From: Oceanicoccus sp.
GTDB taxonomy: Bacteria > Pseudomonadota > Gammaproteobacteria > Pseudomonadales > Oceanobacteraceae
Direction: 5' to 3'
Assembly: GCA_047621325.1 (NCBI GenBank)
Contig: JBLHLT010000008.1
Span: 37,804 to 101,803, forward strand
DNA: 64,000 bases
The notes under the pieces are model-generated. The model was not told the origin of the DNA, made no database searches, and saw only the letters and a list, made by a program, of their open reading frames with translations. A program made the position numbers and the translations under genes. Shown here one piece after another: positions 33,173 through 42,541 of this stretch; position 1 is the stretch's first letter, and each line of letters starts with the position of its first letter.

Positions 33173-33985
33173 CTATTCAAACGTTACGTTATATTTTTTC
33201 AGTAACACCCTTTCTTTCTCCCCTTTGAAAGATAATCGCCCTTCGTCCCAAATTTTGATCAGGTTTTGCCTTATGCTCTTAGGAATACGACTTGAGAAAA
33301 TCGGCCTTTCGTGCAATTTTTTTTCTAAACCTGGGCGTACAATTTCAAGCTCCTCATTTAATCCCAACTGATTCAACACATACTGTAAAACGAGATCATT
33401 ATCTACATACAAGTCAACGCGATCATCTATAATCATGCGGAATATTCGATCAATAATATCATCCGAGCCTGCAATCACTTCAATGAATTTAGAATTCTTT
33501 GGGTCATCAAGATAATTTTGATAATCAGCACTCATTGAACTGTAATCCCAACCTGGCCCAGTGGCGACACGTTTATTTTTTATGGATTGAACCCCATTAT
33601 AGCGCCACGAATCATTTCGTCTGACAATAAACGCGCTTGAGTATGCAAATGTTTCCTCACCACCATAAACAAAGCCCTTTTCAGCATGCTTTGAAAATAG
33701 ATATTCAGGCAACATATCGCAAAGCCCTTCCGCCACCATATCCAACCCTCTTGCCAGAGGTACCTCATAATATTCAACTGCATAGCCACTTGAAGCGTAT
33801 ATGCTTTCTAGCATCTCAATGACAACACCACGAGCTGGCGCTTGTTTTGTAGGAAATATTGTCATTGGTGGCCATTGGTCATAGCAAACCTTTAGCACCT
33901 TAGCATGACTCAAACTGGCTGTGCACATGGCAAGAATAAAAAGGACTAAACAGGATAGGTGAGCGCTTTTTTGTCTGAAACTCAT
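33173..33985 (-). CDS. periplasmic solute-binding protein (family-3 SBP-like)
   Basis: Signal peptide from ATG 33985 (MSFRQKSAHLSCLVLFILAMCTASLSHA); KVCYDQWPP start of the mature domain is typical of SBP_bac_3-type proteins. Confidence 0.7.
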   Translation of the reverse strand: MSFRQKSAHLSCLVLFILAMCTASLSHAKVLKVCYDQWPPMTIFPTKQAPARGVVIEMLESIYASSGYAVEYYEVPLARGLDMVAEGLCDMLPEYLFSKHAEKGFVYGGEETFAYSSAFIVRRNDSWRYNGVQSIKNKRVATGPGWDYSSMSADYQNYLDDPKNSKFIEVIAGSDDIIDRIFRMIIDDRVDLYVDNDLVLQYVLNQLGLNEELEIVRPGLEKKLHERPIFSSRIPKSIRQNLIKIWDEGRLSFKGEKERVLLKKYNVTFE

Positions 33986-33986
33986 T

Positions 33987-35267
33987 TTATTTTTCGACAC
34001 GATCACGACCTTTATCCTTCGCTGCATACAACTTTAAATCAGCGCGTTTAAATAGTTCATCAATTGACTGCTCATTAAAATTCGATGATTCAACCCCCAT
34101 ACTCACCGTATAACTAATCATTTCACCATCCAACTCCAGTTTCGAACCAGCAATAGACAACCTAATTTTCTCAGCCAACTGAAACGCATCATCAGCCCCC
34201 GTACTAGGAAGAAACAGTGCAAACTCCTCTCCACCAACCCGACCAATAAGATCAGACTTTCTTAAAAGTTTTTGTATCGCATGGCTAAAATGCACTAGCA
34301 CCTTGTCACCCGTAAAATGACCATGGGTATCATTAATGACTTTGAAGTTATCTAGATCCATTAAAATAAAAGACACCGGTGTTTTTTGGCGCTGCGACAA
34401 CATCAATAAATGCTGAGCCGTTTCAAAAAAGCTGCCTCGATTTAATATACCTGTCAATGAATCTCGCGTTGCAAGAATTTTGAGCTTTTCGTTCAAGACC
34501 TGCAGTGCCTCTGTTCGCTTTTCAACAGCATGTTCTAGCCAACTACGCTTAGTTTGTTCATCTTCTAACAATAATGCTCGATTCTTTTCCATGGCAGTAA
34601 GCATTTTATTCATATGATCTTGAAGCTCACTGAGTTCGTTATCATCTACGTTTAATAGATTAATGCGCTTACTAATACTCTGATTCAATTGAACCTCATT
34701 CACTTGCGACATCAATTCCTTTAGCGGGCTAGCCATATAACGATCAAACGCCCAAACGAATAACCAAAATAAAAGAGATACCTTAATAATGGCAGTAATG
34801 ACAATCAACGAAAAACCAAACCATACTCGATCCAGCACAACGTTTGATGACGAATAAAGAATGAGCGAGCCGAGCACTATTTTTTTATCGCCCAGCACCC
34901 AAAATAAATCTGATTTAATATCAAAAACTGACAACGGCTGAGACGCAGAAGTATACGATTTTATAGAAACCATATTATTACCATTATGATCTAAAACATC
35001 GACACCTTCGATAATGGGCATTTTCACAAGACTAGCAATAAGCACACTCAACTGCTTTTGGTTATACTGCCACAAACTCGTGGAAATGGGATCTCGGACG
35101 GTTTCCTCCAACTGCCTTAATTCACTCAAGATGGAATCCTGCGTTTTCAAATATTCAGTCAAAACTTGAACGCTCGTAATTAAGCAAGTCACACCAAGAT
35201 AGATAGAAAAAATAACACGCATCATCTTCTTAGACAGATTGTTTGGACAAAGAAAGCTCTCAAGCAT
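33987..35267 (-). CDS. membrane-bound diguanylate cyclase (2 TM sensor loop, coiled linker, GGDEF)
   Basis: GGEEF active site with the RKSD I-site five residues upstream; DSLTGILNR. ATG 35267 is preceded by GGGAGGGG; the ORF-track start is a TTG at 35276. Confidence 0.9.
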   Translation of the reverse strand: MLESFLCPNNLSKKMMRVIFSIYLGVTCLITSVQVLTEYLKTQDSILSELRQLEETVRDPISTSLWQYNQKQLSVLIASLVKMPIIEGVDVLDHNGNNMVSIKSYTSASQPLSVFDIKSDLFWVLGDKKIVLGSLILYSSSNVVLDRVWFGFSLIVITAIIKVSLLFWLFVWAFDRYMASPLKELMSQVNEVQLNQSISKRINLLNVDDNELSELQDHMNKMLTAMEKNRALLLEDEQTKRSWLEHAVEKRTEALQVLNEKLKILATRDSLTGILNRGSFFETAQHLLMLSQRQKTPVSFILMDLDNFKVINDTHGHFTGDKVLVHFSHAIQKLLRKSDLIGRVGGEEFALFLPSTGADDAFQLAEKIRLSIAGSKLELDGEMISYTVSMGVESSNFNEQSIDELFKRADLKLYAAKDKGRDRVEK

Positions 35268-35596
35268 TAAAAGCAACCCCTCCCTAAAAACTCAAGGCTG
35301 GAGTTAAGCTTAGATTACACATGGGCTTTAGGGAATATAACCAGACCAATACAAGATAATTCACTTAAATTACAGGGATTACCACCACACTCCCATAAAA
35401 TTTCAGGTTTTAGCACTGTTACTATAGCGTTAAGCTGACTAAAACTAAGCTTATAAACAACTTTTAGATAAGTAAGCGACCAAGATGACAAACGAGTTCA
35501 GAGAGACCGCTTACTTCTAATAGAGGATTAACACCCGCCGCAGCCAAGGCAAGATATAAACTTACGTCTAAACTTGTGACCAAATTGACTTGACCA

Positions 35597-36355
35597 CTAT
35601 AGAATGACCTTTAATATCTTTAATGACTCCATAGTAAGCTTTTTGCGAAGCGCTAAATCCGATTCATTATTCACTTCAATATGAGTAGAAAAAAACCAAA
35701 CTTGATTATCCGTCAATACATAACCCACGAACCAACCATCCTTCCCTGACCAACCTGTTTTTGACCAAACTTTATAAGTCTCATTCTCTTCTGACAGCAT
35801 GATATTTTTTAGGGCTTTAATATGGCTATTTTTAACCGGCAATTCTTCAGCATAAACCTTACGTAGAAATTTAATTTGGTCATAAACCGAAACCCTTAAA
35901 TCGCCATCTAACCAAAATCGAGTAATATCACTGCCCGTCAAATAATTTCCATAATTGAATTTACGCAGATACTCGTGATATTTTTCATGGCTTATTTGTC
36001 TTGCATAAAATTGATAGCACCATACACATGAGTATTGAAAGGCGCTTTCAAGCGTTTGATTTTTATTCCATGGTGCATATTCCCGCTTTTTACCGTCCCA
36101 TTTGATAATGTCTGATTTGCCTTTAATCAGACCCTCTTCCAATATAATAAGTGTATTAGGAATCTTAAATGTCGAAGCAGGTACAAAACTATCTTTATCA
36201 TTAACGTTATATTGATACTTGATCACCCCATCACCTGACTCAATCAGTATTGACCCTGTAATGCCACTTGATTTAAAAAGCGTTTCAAGCTGAGCCTCTT
36301 CTGCAGATAGGCAACCAGAAATCATTAGTAACATAATAATTCTTAAAGCAGTCAT
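35597..36355 (-). CDS. blaOXA: class D (OXA-type) beta-lactamase, possible lipoprotein
   Basis: All class D boxes are present: STFK, SCV (SxV), YGN, KTG, FWLDGDLRVS, WFVGY. Signal peptide ends in the lipobox-like MISGC. The start is ambiguous (36355 preferred; 36391 or 36394 possible). Confidence 0.9.
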   Translation of the reverse strand: MTALRIIMLLMISGCLSAEEAQLETLFKSSGITGSILIESGDGVIKYQYNVNDKDSFVPASTFKIPNTLIILEEGLIKGKSDIIKWDGKKREYAPWNKNQTLESAFQYSCVWCYQFYARQISHEKYHEYLRKFNYGNYLTGSDITRFWLDGDLRVSVYDQIKFLRKVYAEELPVKNSHIKALKNIMLSEENETYKVWSKTGWSGKDGWFVGYVLTDNQVWFFSTHIEVNNESDLALRKKLTMESLKILKVIL

Positions 36356-36454
36356 TGATTTCTCTATATTAAATACGTTCAAACTAGTCATCAAATAAGC
36401 TAAATGTTAGCGATGACACGATTTTTAAAACTTACATTTTCTGTCATTAAATAA

Positions 36455-37175
36455 TTAGCGTGGCAACTTGCGAATTGAAGAAACGCCATCCTCGAACGGC
36501 ACATGTCGCCTGTGAAACGTTTCACCTTCAACGTATGCAGGCGCGCTGATCCTGTCCATTCTAAAATGACGAAAATCGTTGCGTGCAGGATCCCAAGCCA
36601 CCAAATACCACAGTGGTGGCAAAATCAACATGGCTTGCGGCTCAACATCTCGGTTAGTTACAACCCCTTTTACGTCACGGTACTCAAAGCGTAGATGTAG
36701 TCTTTGCAAAAAAGCCATCTCGAAGGCGGGCAACAGGTCTGGGGCCATCGCGCCCATATCGGATATATCCACTTGCGGTGCCAGTTTCCCTACATATAAG
36801 CAATCCAGAAAACGGCGTAGGTCACGTACTTTATCGGATGGCAATGCTTTCTCTATTTTGGCAAGCCCTGCATCTGCAAGCCCTGCAAACGGTAGGTTTC
36901 CAGCGGCGCGCATCGATGCAACACTAATGAGAAGCGCAAACACTTCGGCGACCGAAAGTCGCGCCGTGGTCTGCACTGATTGCGGATCAAGTTGCAGTCC
37001 CCCCCCCGCGCCCGGGTTCTGAATAAATCACAAAACCTTCATCGCGCAGCGCACTAATATCACGTAATACGGTACGCCTAGATGCACCAACCTCCTCCGC
37101 CAAGTCAGCGATTGTCGATGTACCATTGCGGCGAAGGCTACGCACAATGGCGTCTTGTCGTAGGCGAACATTCAT
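36455..37175 (-). pseudogene. YafY-type HTH-WYL transcriptional regulator split by a +1 frameshift in a G9 run
   Basis: The HTH ORF (36987-37175, ...STIADLAEEVGASRRTVLRDI...EPGRGGG) and the WYL-type ORF (36455-36976) are collinear. Removing one G from the run at 36999-37007 gives the continuous ...RGGGLQLDPQSVQTTARLS... Confidence 0.8.
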
Positions 37176-37193
37176 TTTTTAAGCTTATCATTC

Positions 37194-37218
37194 AATGGTG
37201 CCAGTATTTGGCACCATT
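37194..37218. promoter_or_regulatory. perfect 10-5-10 palindrome AATGGTGCCA-GTATT-TGGCACCATT, candidate operator
   Basis: Lies 19 bp upstream of the HTH-WYL gene start and 142 bp upstream of the divergent hydrolase gene. Confidence 0.5.
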
Positions 37219-37359
37219 ACGTTATATAAATTATCTGCCCATGTCAGCAAAGAGATTGCGAAGTTACAACGCACACTGGCAAATGTTTAAGGCAAGAAAA
37301 CGTGCTAGCTAAAACAAAGGCACCGCATGGTCATCCCAAACAGATACAGGAAAAAGACA

Positions 37360-38304
37360 ATGTTTAATCCAACTGATTTTCCCAAGCCCAATCTTATTTC
37401 AGTCAACGGCGTGGCACTCGAAGTATTCGAAGCCGGCCAGCAGAATGCAGGCAACCCTATTGTGCTATGCCATGGCTGGCCAGAACATGCTTTTTCTTGG
37501 CGCTACCAAATCCCTGCTCTCGCAGCCGCTGGCTACCACGTCATCGCCCCAAACCAACGGGGGTATGGCAATTCATCGCACCCGCAAGAGGTAACCGCCT
37601 ATGATATTGAACAATTATCAGGTGACCTTATCGCGCTTCTCGACCATTACGGATACGAAGATGCGACCTTTGTCGGCCATGACTGGGGAGCTAATGTTAT
37701 TTGGGGCTTAGCCTTATTACACCCAAAACGGGTCAATAAAATAATCAATATGGCCTTACCCTACCAAGCTCGCACCGAAAAACCGTGGATCGAATTCATG
37801 GAGGAGTTTCTTGGCGACGACTATTACTTTGTCCACTTCAATCGACAGCCCGGCGTTGCGGATGCCGTGTTAGATAAAAATACCGCGCAGTTCCTTCGCA
37901 ATATGTTCCGCAAGAATACCCCAACTGCGTTACCAGAGCCTGGCATGATGATGATCAAGCTCGCCCAAGCAGAAACACCACTCGGTGAGGCGATAATGAG
38001 TGACGAAGAGCTGGATGTTTTTGCATCTTCTTTCAAATCATCAGGGTTCACTGGCAGCATAAACTGGTACAGAAATATTGACCGCAACTGGCATTTATTA
38101 GCGCACGTGAATCCGATCATCCAACAACCTACACTCATGATCTATGGCGATCGCGATGCCATCCCAAAATCTGAAAACCTAACAGAGTTCGTACCTAACG
38201 TGGAGGTGATCAATTTAGATTGCGGCCATTGGATCCAACAAGAAAAGCCAAAAGAAACAAACCAAGTGATTTTAAACTGGTTAAAACAACAAAATAACGC
38301 ATAA
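37360..38304 (+). CDS. alpha/beta hydrolase, epoxide-hydrolase-like
   Basis: HGWPE oxyanion motif, SWRYQ, nucleophile elbow GHDWGA, C-terminal catalytic His in DCGHWIQQEKP; ATG 37360 is preceded by AGGA. Confidence 0.8.
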   Translation: MFNPTDFPKPNLISVNGVALEVFEAGQQNAGNPIVLCHGWPEHAFSWRYQIPALAAAGYHVIAPNQRGYGNSSHPQEVTAYDIEQLSGDLIALLDHYGYEDATFVGHDWGANVIWGLALLHPKRVNKIINMALPYQARTEKPWIEFMEEFLGDDYYFVHFNRQPGVADAVLDKNTAQFLRNMFRKNTPTALPEPGMMMIKLAQAETPLGEAIMSDEELDVFASSFKSSGFTGSINWYRNIDRNWHLLAHVNPIIQQPTLMIYGDRDAIPKSENLTEFVPNVEVINLDCGHWIQQEKPKETNQVILNWLKQQNNA

Positions 38305-38439
38305 ATCCAAACGAGTCTTCGAAAGTATAAATAACGCTTCCGCAAAGGCCGTAGGGTAAAAATATACAACCGCAATACAGGTTTACCGCTAGGAAGTAAA
38401 AAGCAATGCAAAAAACAGCGGTAAAAAGGAAATTAAAAA

Positions 38440-39009
38440 ATGACAGATGTTATGTTTTTCAAAAACCAATCCGCGTTTAGCGACTGGCTAAACGCTCATC
38501 ATACTGACACCAATGAACTTTGGCTTGGCTATTACAAAAAAGGCACCAAGCGTGAAACCATTACATGGCCTGCATCAGTCGACACTGCCCTTCGCTTTGG
38601 CTGGATTGACGGCATACGAAAAAAAATTGATCAAGAAAGCTATAAAATTCGTTTTACGCCACGCAAAATAAACAGTGTATGGAGCGCTGTAAACGTAAAT
38701 AAAGTGAAAACACTCATACTACTTGGCAACATGAAGCCAGAGGGTATGCACGTCTTTAATAAGAGAACCGATACACAAGGCTACTCTTGTGAACAAAGGA
38801 ATATACCACTTGCCACAAAGTATGAAGAGCAGATCAAAGCAAACCAATCAGCTTGGTTATTTTTTACTAAGTTAGCACCATCCTACAAAAGAGACTCAAT
38901 CTGGTGGGTAATGAGTGCCAAGAAAAAAGAAACACAATTAAAAAGACTCGGTGTATTGATTACGTCATCTGAAGCTGGGCTAAAAATACCGATGTTGCGA
39001 AAGAAATAA
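38440..39009 (+). CDS. YdeI/OmpD-associated (bacteriocin-protection) family protein
   Basis: FKNQSAFSDWLNAHH...ELWLGYYKKGT...ALRFGWIDGIRKKID...RFTPRK is the pattern typical of this family. Confidence 0.7.
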   Translation: MTDVMFFKNQSAFSDWLNAHHTDTNELWLGYYKKGTKRETITWPASVDTALRFGWIDGIRKKIDQESYKIRFTPRKINSVWSAVNVNKVKTLILLGNMKPEGMHVFNKRTDTQGYSCEQRNIPLATKYEEQIKANQSAWLFFTKLAPSYKRDSIWWVMSAKKKETQLKRLGVLITSSEAGLKIPMLRKK

Positions 39010-39103
39010 CAATGACAGTATTCGTTGAGATCACGCCGTATGTGGATGAGGGATTTCGTAAAATTTGAGTGGCATGTGATCTTTAGTATGAGTTCGTTAT
39101 ATC

Positions 39104-39126
39104 AAAAAAACCTATTTAACATAGGT
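39104..39126 (-). terminator. terminator after the MFS gene
   Basis: Minus strand ACCTAT-gttaa-ATAGGT followed by TTTTTTT, 26 nt after the stop. Confidence 0.55.
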
Positions 39127-39151
39127 CGGGCGCGGGACACCCCCCTACAGG

Positions 39152-40312
39152 TTATTGTAGTTTATTTTCTTTATTCACCCACAACCACGCCACTAACGCA
39201 CCAAGCAATGCACTGTACCCTGCCCACTCGAACATGGTAACACCCATGTCTTGCATCCAAACCAAACCTGAAACATAAGCCCCTAATGCACCACCTGCTC
39301 CGTAAGTTAAACTTGAGAATAAGGCCTGACCTTGCCCCTGGTGCTTGCCTTTAAAATACAAATGAATGTAATGCATAGCAACCGCGTGCATCGCGCCAAA
39401 AGTAACCGCATGCAGCAATTGGACTAACGCTAACAACCATAAGGTTTCCACATAATGGGCGGTAACAATCCAGCGCAAACCGCCCAACAATAAACTCATC
39501 ACCAATACGGTTTTATGATCAACTTTGGCAAAAATACGATGTGCGATTAAAAAGACGATCACTTCTGCAATCACACCCAATGCCCACAAAAAACCAATCA
39601 TGCTTTTGCTGTAACCAAACTGCTCTAGGTACAAACTGAAAAAGGTGTAATAAGCACCGTGACTCACTTGGTTTAAAAAAGATGCCAATAAAAACGCTAC
39701 GACCGTGGGCTTTAAAATTAACGACAAAAAACCTTCTGTACTTTCATGCTCATGAGTTAACTCACGCCCCTTCACCAACGTACTACTAAAAAATATAGCG
39801 GCTAAAAGCACCAGCATGAAAACCGGTAAGAAACTCACACTAATATAATCGAACGCCCAACCTAACAAGGCAACAAAAATAATAAATCCAATTGAGCCCC
39901 AAGTGCGAATTTTGGAATATTGATCTGTTTGATCTTGCAAATAATTCAGCGTTACCACTTCAAATTGCGGCAACACCGCCGCCCAAAAGAAACCGTAACC
40001 AATCATAATAAGTGCCATCCAAAGAAAAGACTGCACCCAAAAAATATTTAAAAATATACAAAAACAAATCGCACAACCAATGCGTAATAACGGCATACGC
40101 TGACCAGTGTAATCCCCCAGCACACCCCACACATTTGGAGCTAAAATACGCACCAAACCAAATAAGGCCATTAACTCGCCAATTTCTTGCGCGCTAAAGC
40201 CTTTATCATCAAGGAATAAACCCCAATAAGGTGAAATACAGCCTAATAAAGCAAAGTAGAAAAAATAAAACGAGGATAAGCGCCAGTAAGGCACGGAAGT
40301 ATTAACAGACAT
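39152..40312 (-). CDS. MFS transporter (12 TM, LacY/HcaT-like subfamily)
   Basis: 386 aa, hydrophobic throughout; N-terminal WRLSSFYFFYFALLG and the loop motif GDYTGQRMPLLR are typical of MFS_1_like proteins. Confidence 0.8.
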   Translation of the reverse strand: MSVNTSVPYWRLSSFYFFYFALLGCISPYWGLFLDDKGFSAQEIGELMALFGLVRILAPNVWGVLGDYTGQRMPLLRIGCAICFCIFLNIFWVQSFLWMALIMIGYGFFWAAVLPQFEVVTLNYLQDQTDQYSKIRTWGSIGFIIFVALLGWAFDYISVSFLPVFMLVLLAAIFFSSTLVKGRELTHEHESTEGFLSLILKPTVVAFLLASFLNQVSHGAYYTFFSLYLEQFGYSKSMIGFLWALGVIAEVIVFLIAHRIFAKVDHKTVLVMSLLLGGLRWIVTAHYVETLWLLALVQLLHAVTFGAMHAVAMHYIHLYFKGKHQGQGQALFSSLTYGAGGALGAYVSGLVWMQDMGVTMFEWAGYSALLGALVAWLWVNKENKLQ

Positions 40313-40376
40313 GAATCAATACAAAAGAATTAAAACAATAAAAGTAATCAACCATAATCAACTCACTTAAAACAAC

Positions 40377-40441
40377 TGTGGGAGGGCGCTTGCGCGCGAT
40401 TCAGTATTTAAACTTACATCGCGCGCAAGCGCCCTCCCACA
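40377..40441. repeat. perfect 24-bp GC-rich inverted repeat with 17-nt loop (REP-like / aroC terminator)
   Basis: tgtgggagggcgcttgcgcgcgat (40377-40400) pairs perfectly with atcgcgcgcaagcgccctcccaca (40418-40441). Confidence 0.9.
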
Positions 40442-40457
40442 ATTTTAGCTCAATCAA

Positions 40458-41552
40458 TTACGCTTGTGATGGAATCACTGGCGTTGTACAAATCACATCG
40501 GCATTTTGCCCACGGTGGCGCAGATAATGATCCGCCAGCACAATGGCCATCATCGCTTCGGCGATTGGCGTTGCTCGAATCCCCACACACGGATCATGAC
40601 GACCCTTGGTGATTAATTCGGTCTGCTCGCCATTCACATCAATGGTTTTACCCGGCACGGTAATACTTGAGGTCGGCTTAAGTGCGATGTGCGCAATAAT
40701 ATCTTGGCCAGAGCTGATACCACCTAATACACCACCAGAATGATTCGACAAATAACCAGCAGGTGTCATTTCATCGCGATGCTCTGAGCCTTTTTGCTCT
40801 ATTACATCAAAACCATCACCTAATTCAACGCCTTTAACGGCATTAATGCTCATTAAGGCATGAGCAAGGTCTGCATCTAAACGATCAAAGACTGGCTCGC
40901 CTAAACCCGGCTTAACACCCGTTGCCACTACGGTGATTTTGGCACCGATGGAATCCCCTTCTTTACGCAGGGCATTCATATAGGCTTCCATTTCTGGCAC
41001 TTTATCTACGTCAGGGCAGAAAAATGGGTTTTGACGCACTTGCGCCCAATCAAATTTTTCCGCTTTTACTGGGCCAAGCTGAGATAAATAACCACGTACT
41101 TCAATGCCTTTAGACAATAGGAATTTTTTCGCAATGGCACCAGCAGCAACACGCATGGCGGTTTCGCGCGCACTTGAGCGACCACCACCACGGTAATCAC
41201 GGAAGCCATATTTTTGCGTATAGCCATAATCCGCATGGGCTGGGCGGAATTTTTGCGAGATATCGCCGTAATCTTTTGAACGTTGATCAGTATTTTCGAT
41301 GATCATACCAATGGGCGTACCCGTGGTTTTACCCTCGAAAATACCCGACATGATCTTAACTTGATCCGGCTCGCGACGCTGAGTGGTGAACTTAGACGTA
41401 CCCGGCTTGCGCAGATCTAGCTCAACTTGAATCTCTTCTTCTGTGATTTCGATGCCCGGCGGGCAACCATCAAGAATACAGCCTAACGCCACACCATGGC
41501 TTTCGCCAAACGTGGTGACGGTGAATAATTTACCGAATGAATTACCAGACAT
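40458..41552 (-). CDS. aroC: chorismate synthase
   Basis: [25 protein letters not shown] signatures; 364 aa. Confidence 0.97.
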   Translation of the reverse strand: MSGNSFGKLFTVTTFGESHGVALGCILDGCPPGIEITEEEIQVELDLRKPGTSKFTTQRREPDQVKIMSGIFEGKTTGTPIGMIIENTDQRSKDYGDISQKFRPAHADYGYTQKYGFRDYRGGGRSSARETAMRVAAGAIAKKFLLSKGIEVRGYLSQLGPVKAEKFDWAQVRQNPFFCPDVDKVPEMEAYMNALRKEGDSIGAKITVVATGVKPGLGEPVFDRLDADLAHALMSINAVKGVELGDGFDVIEQKGSEHRDEMTPAGYLSNHSGGVLGGISSGQDIIAHIALKPTSSITVPGKTIDVNGEQTELITKGRHDPCVGIRATPIAEAMMAIVLADHYLRHRGQNADVICTTPVIPSQA

Positions 41553-41587
41553 AAGTAAACTGCTTATTAACTAAAAAATTGGACACA

Positions 41588-42508
41588 TTATACACGGAAG
41601 TGATGCTGATGCGCGGCCAGTTGTTCGCGAGTGAATACAAACACGCCATCGCCGCCATGCTCGAACTCTACCCATGTAAACGGTACATCAGGAAACTGGG
41701 CTTCTAGGTGAATCCAAGAATTACCCACTTCTACCACCAGTACACCTTCTGGGTTCAGATAATCACAGGCATTGGCCAGTATTTGACGAGTGATATCTAA
41801 GCCATCGTTGCCGCTGCCTAAGCCCATTGCCGGTTCATGCTGATATTCAGCTGGCATATCGGCTAAATCTTCGGCGTCCACATATGGCGGATTCGATAAA
41901 ATCAGGTCATAGCCGGGCTGCAGGTTTGAAAACAAGTCTGACTCAATGGCAGCCACTTGATCAAACAGCTGATGGCGCTCGATATTAATTTCAGCCACAT
42001 CCAGCGCATCACGGCTTAAATCAGCTAGGTCAAGCTGTGCATCTGGAAACACTTGCAACGAGGCGATACCAATACAACCACTGCCACAGCATAGATCAAG
42101 GATACGCACAGGCTCTTTACCATCCATGAACGGGCTAACACGATTCTGGATAATCTCAGCCAAAGGTGAACGTGGCACCAATACGCGCTCATCAACGTAA
42201 AAAGGCATACCACAAAACCACGCTTCGTTTATTAAGTACGCAACAGGAATACGCTCATCAATACGACGTTGAATAAGTTCGGCCAGCTGCTCACGCTCTG
42301 CATTTATCAAACGACACTGCGCTTGCTGAGGGCTTATTTCAATCGGCATTTGTAAGGTAGCCGTGACCAATAATAATGCTTCATCCCAAGGGTTATCGGT
42401 GCCATGACCATAATAGACCCCTTGGCGCTCAAATTCACTGGATGCAAATCGCACCCAATCAATAATACTCGGCAACTGCTCTATCGCTTGCTGATAAATA
42501 TCTTTCAC
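41588..42508 (-). CDS. prmB: ribosomal protein L3 N5-glutamine methyltransferase
   Basis: DLCCGSGCIGIA SAM motif and the NPPY catalytic motif; conserved position upstream of aroC as in E. coli. Confidence 0.92.
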   Translation of the reverse strand: MKDIYQQAIEQLPSIIDWVRFASSEFERQGVYYGHGTDNPWDEALLLVTATLQMPIEISPQQAQCRLINAEREQLAELIQRRIDERIPVAYLINEAWFCGMPFYVDERVLVPRSPLAEIIQNRVSPFMDGKEPVRILDLCCGSGCIGIASLQVFPDAQLDLADLSRDALDVAEINIERHQLFDQVAAIESDLFSNLQPGYDLILSNPPYVDAEDLADMPAEYQHEPAMGLGSGNDGLDITRQILANACDYLNPEGVLVVEVGNSWIHLEAQFPDVPFTWVEFEHGGDGVFVFTREQLAAHQHHFRV

Positions 42509-42541
42509 AGGTATTCTCTTGAAATTTTTGGCGATTTTAAC

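Noticed and set aside
36579-37022. 147-aa + strand ORF across the WYL regulator locus
   Set aside because: It is a shadow ORF in the high-GC patch. The minus-strand reading gives recognisable HTH and WYL-type sequence, and this one gives an R/S/A-rich product with no signature.
37209-37223. TGGCAC resembling the -24 element of a sigma-54 promoter
   Set aside because: The required TTGC(A/T) is absent at the -12 spacing (TGGCAC-cattac-gtt). The TGGCAC is simply the right arm of the 10-5-10 palindrome.
38382-38425. 9-bp inverted repeat tttaccgct ... agcggtaaa upstream of the YdeI-like gene
   Set aside because: It has a short stem, a 26-nt loop and no U-tract or known motif. It could occur by chance in this context.
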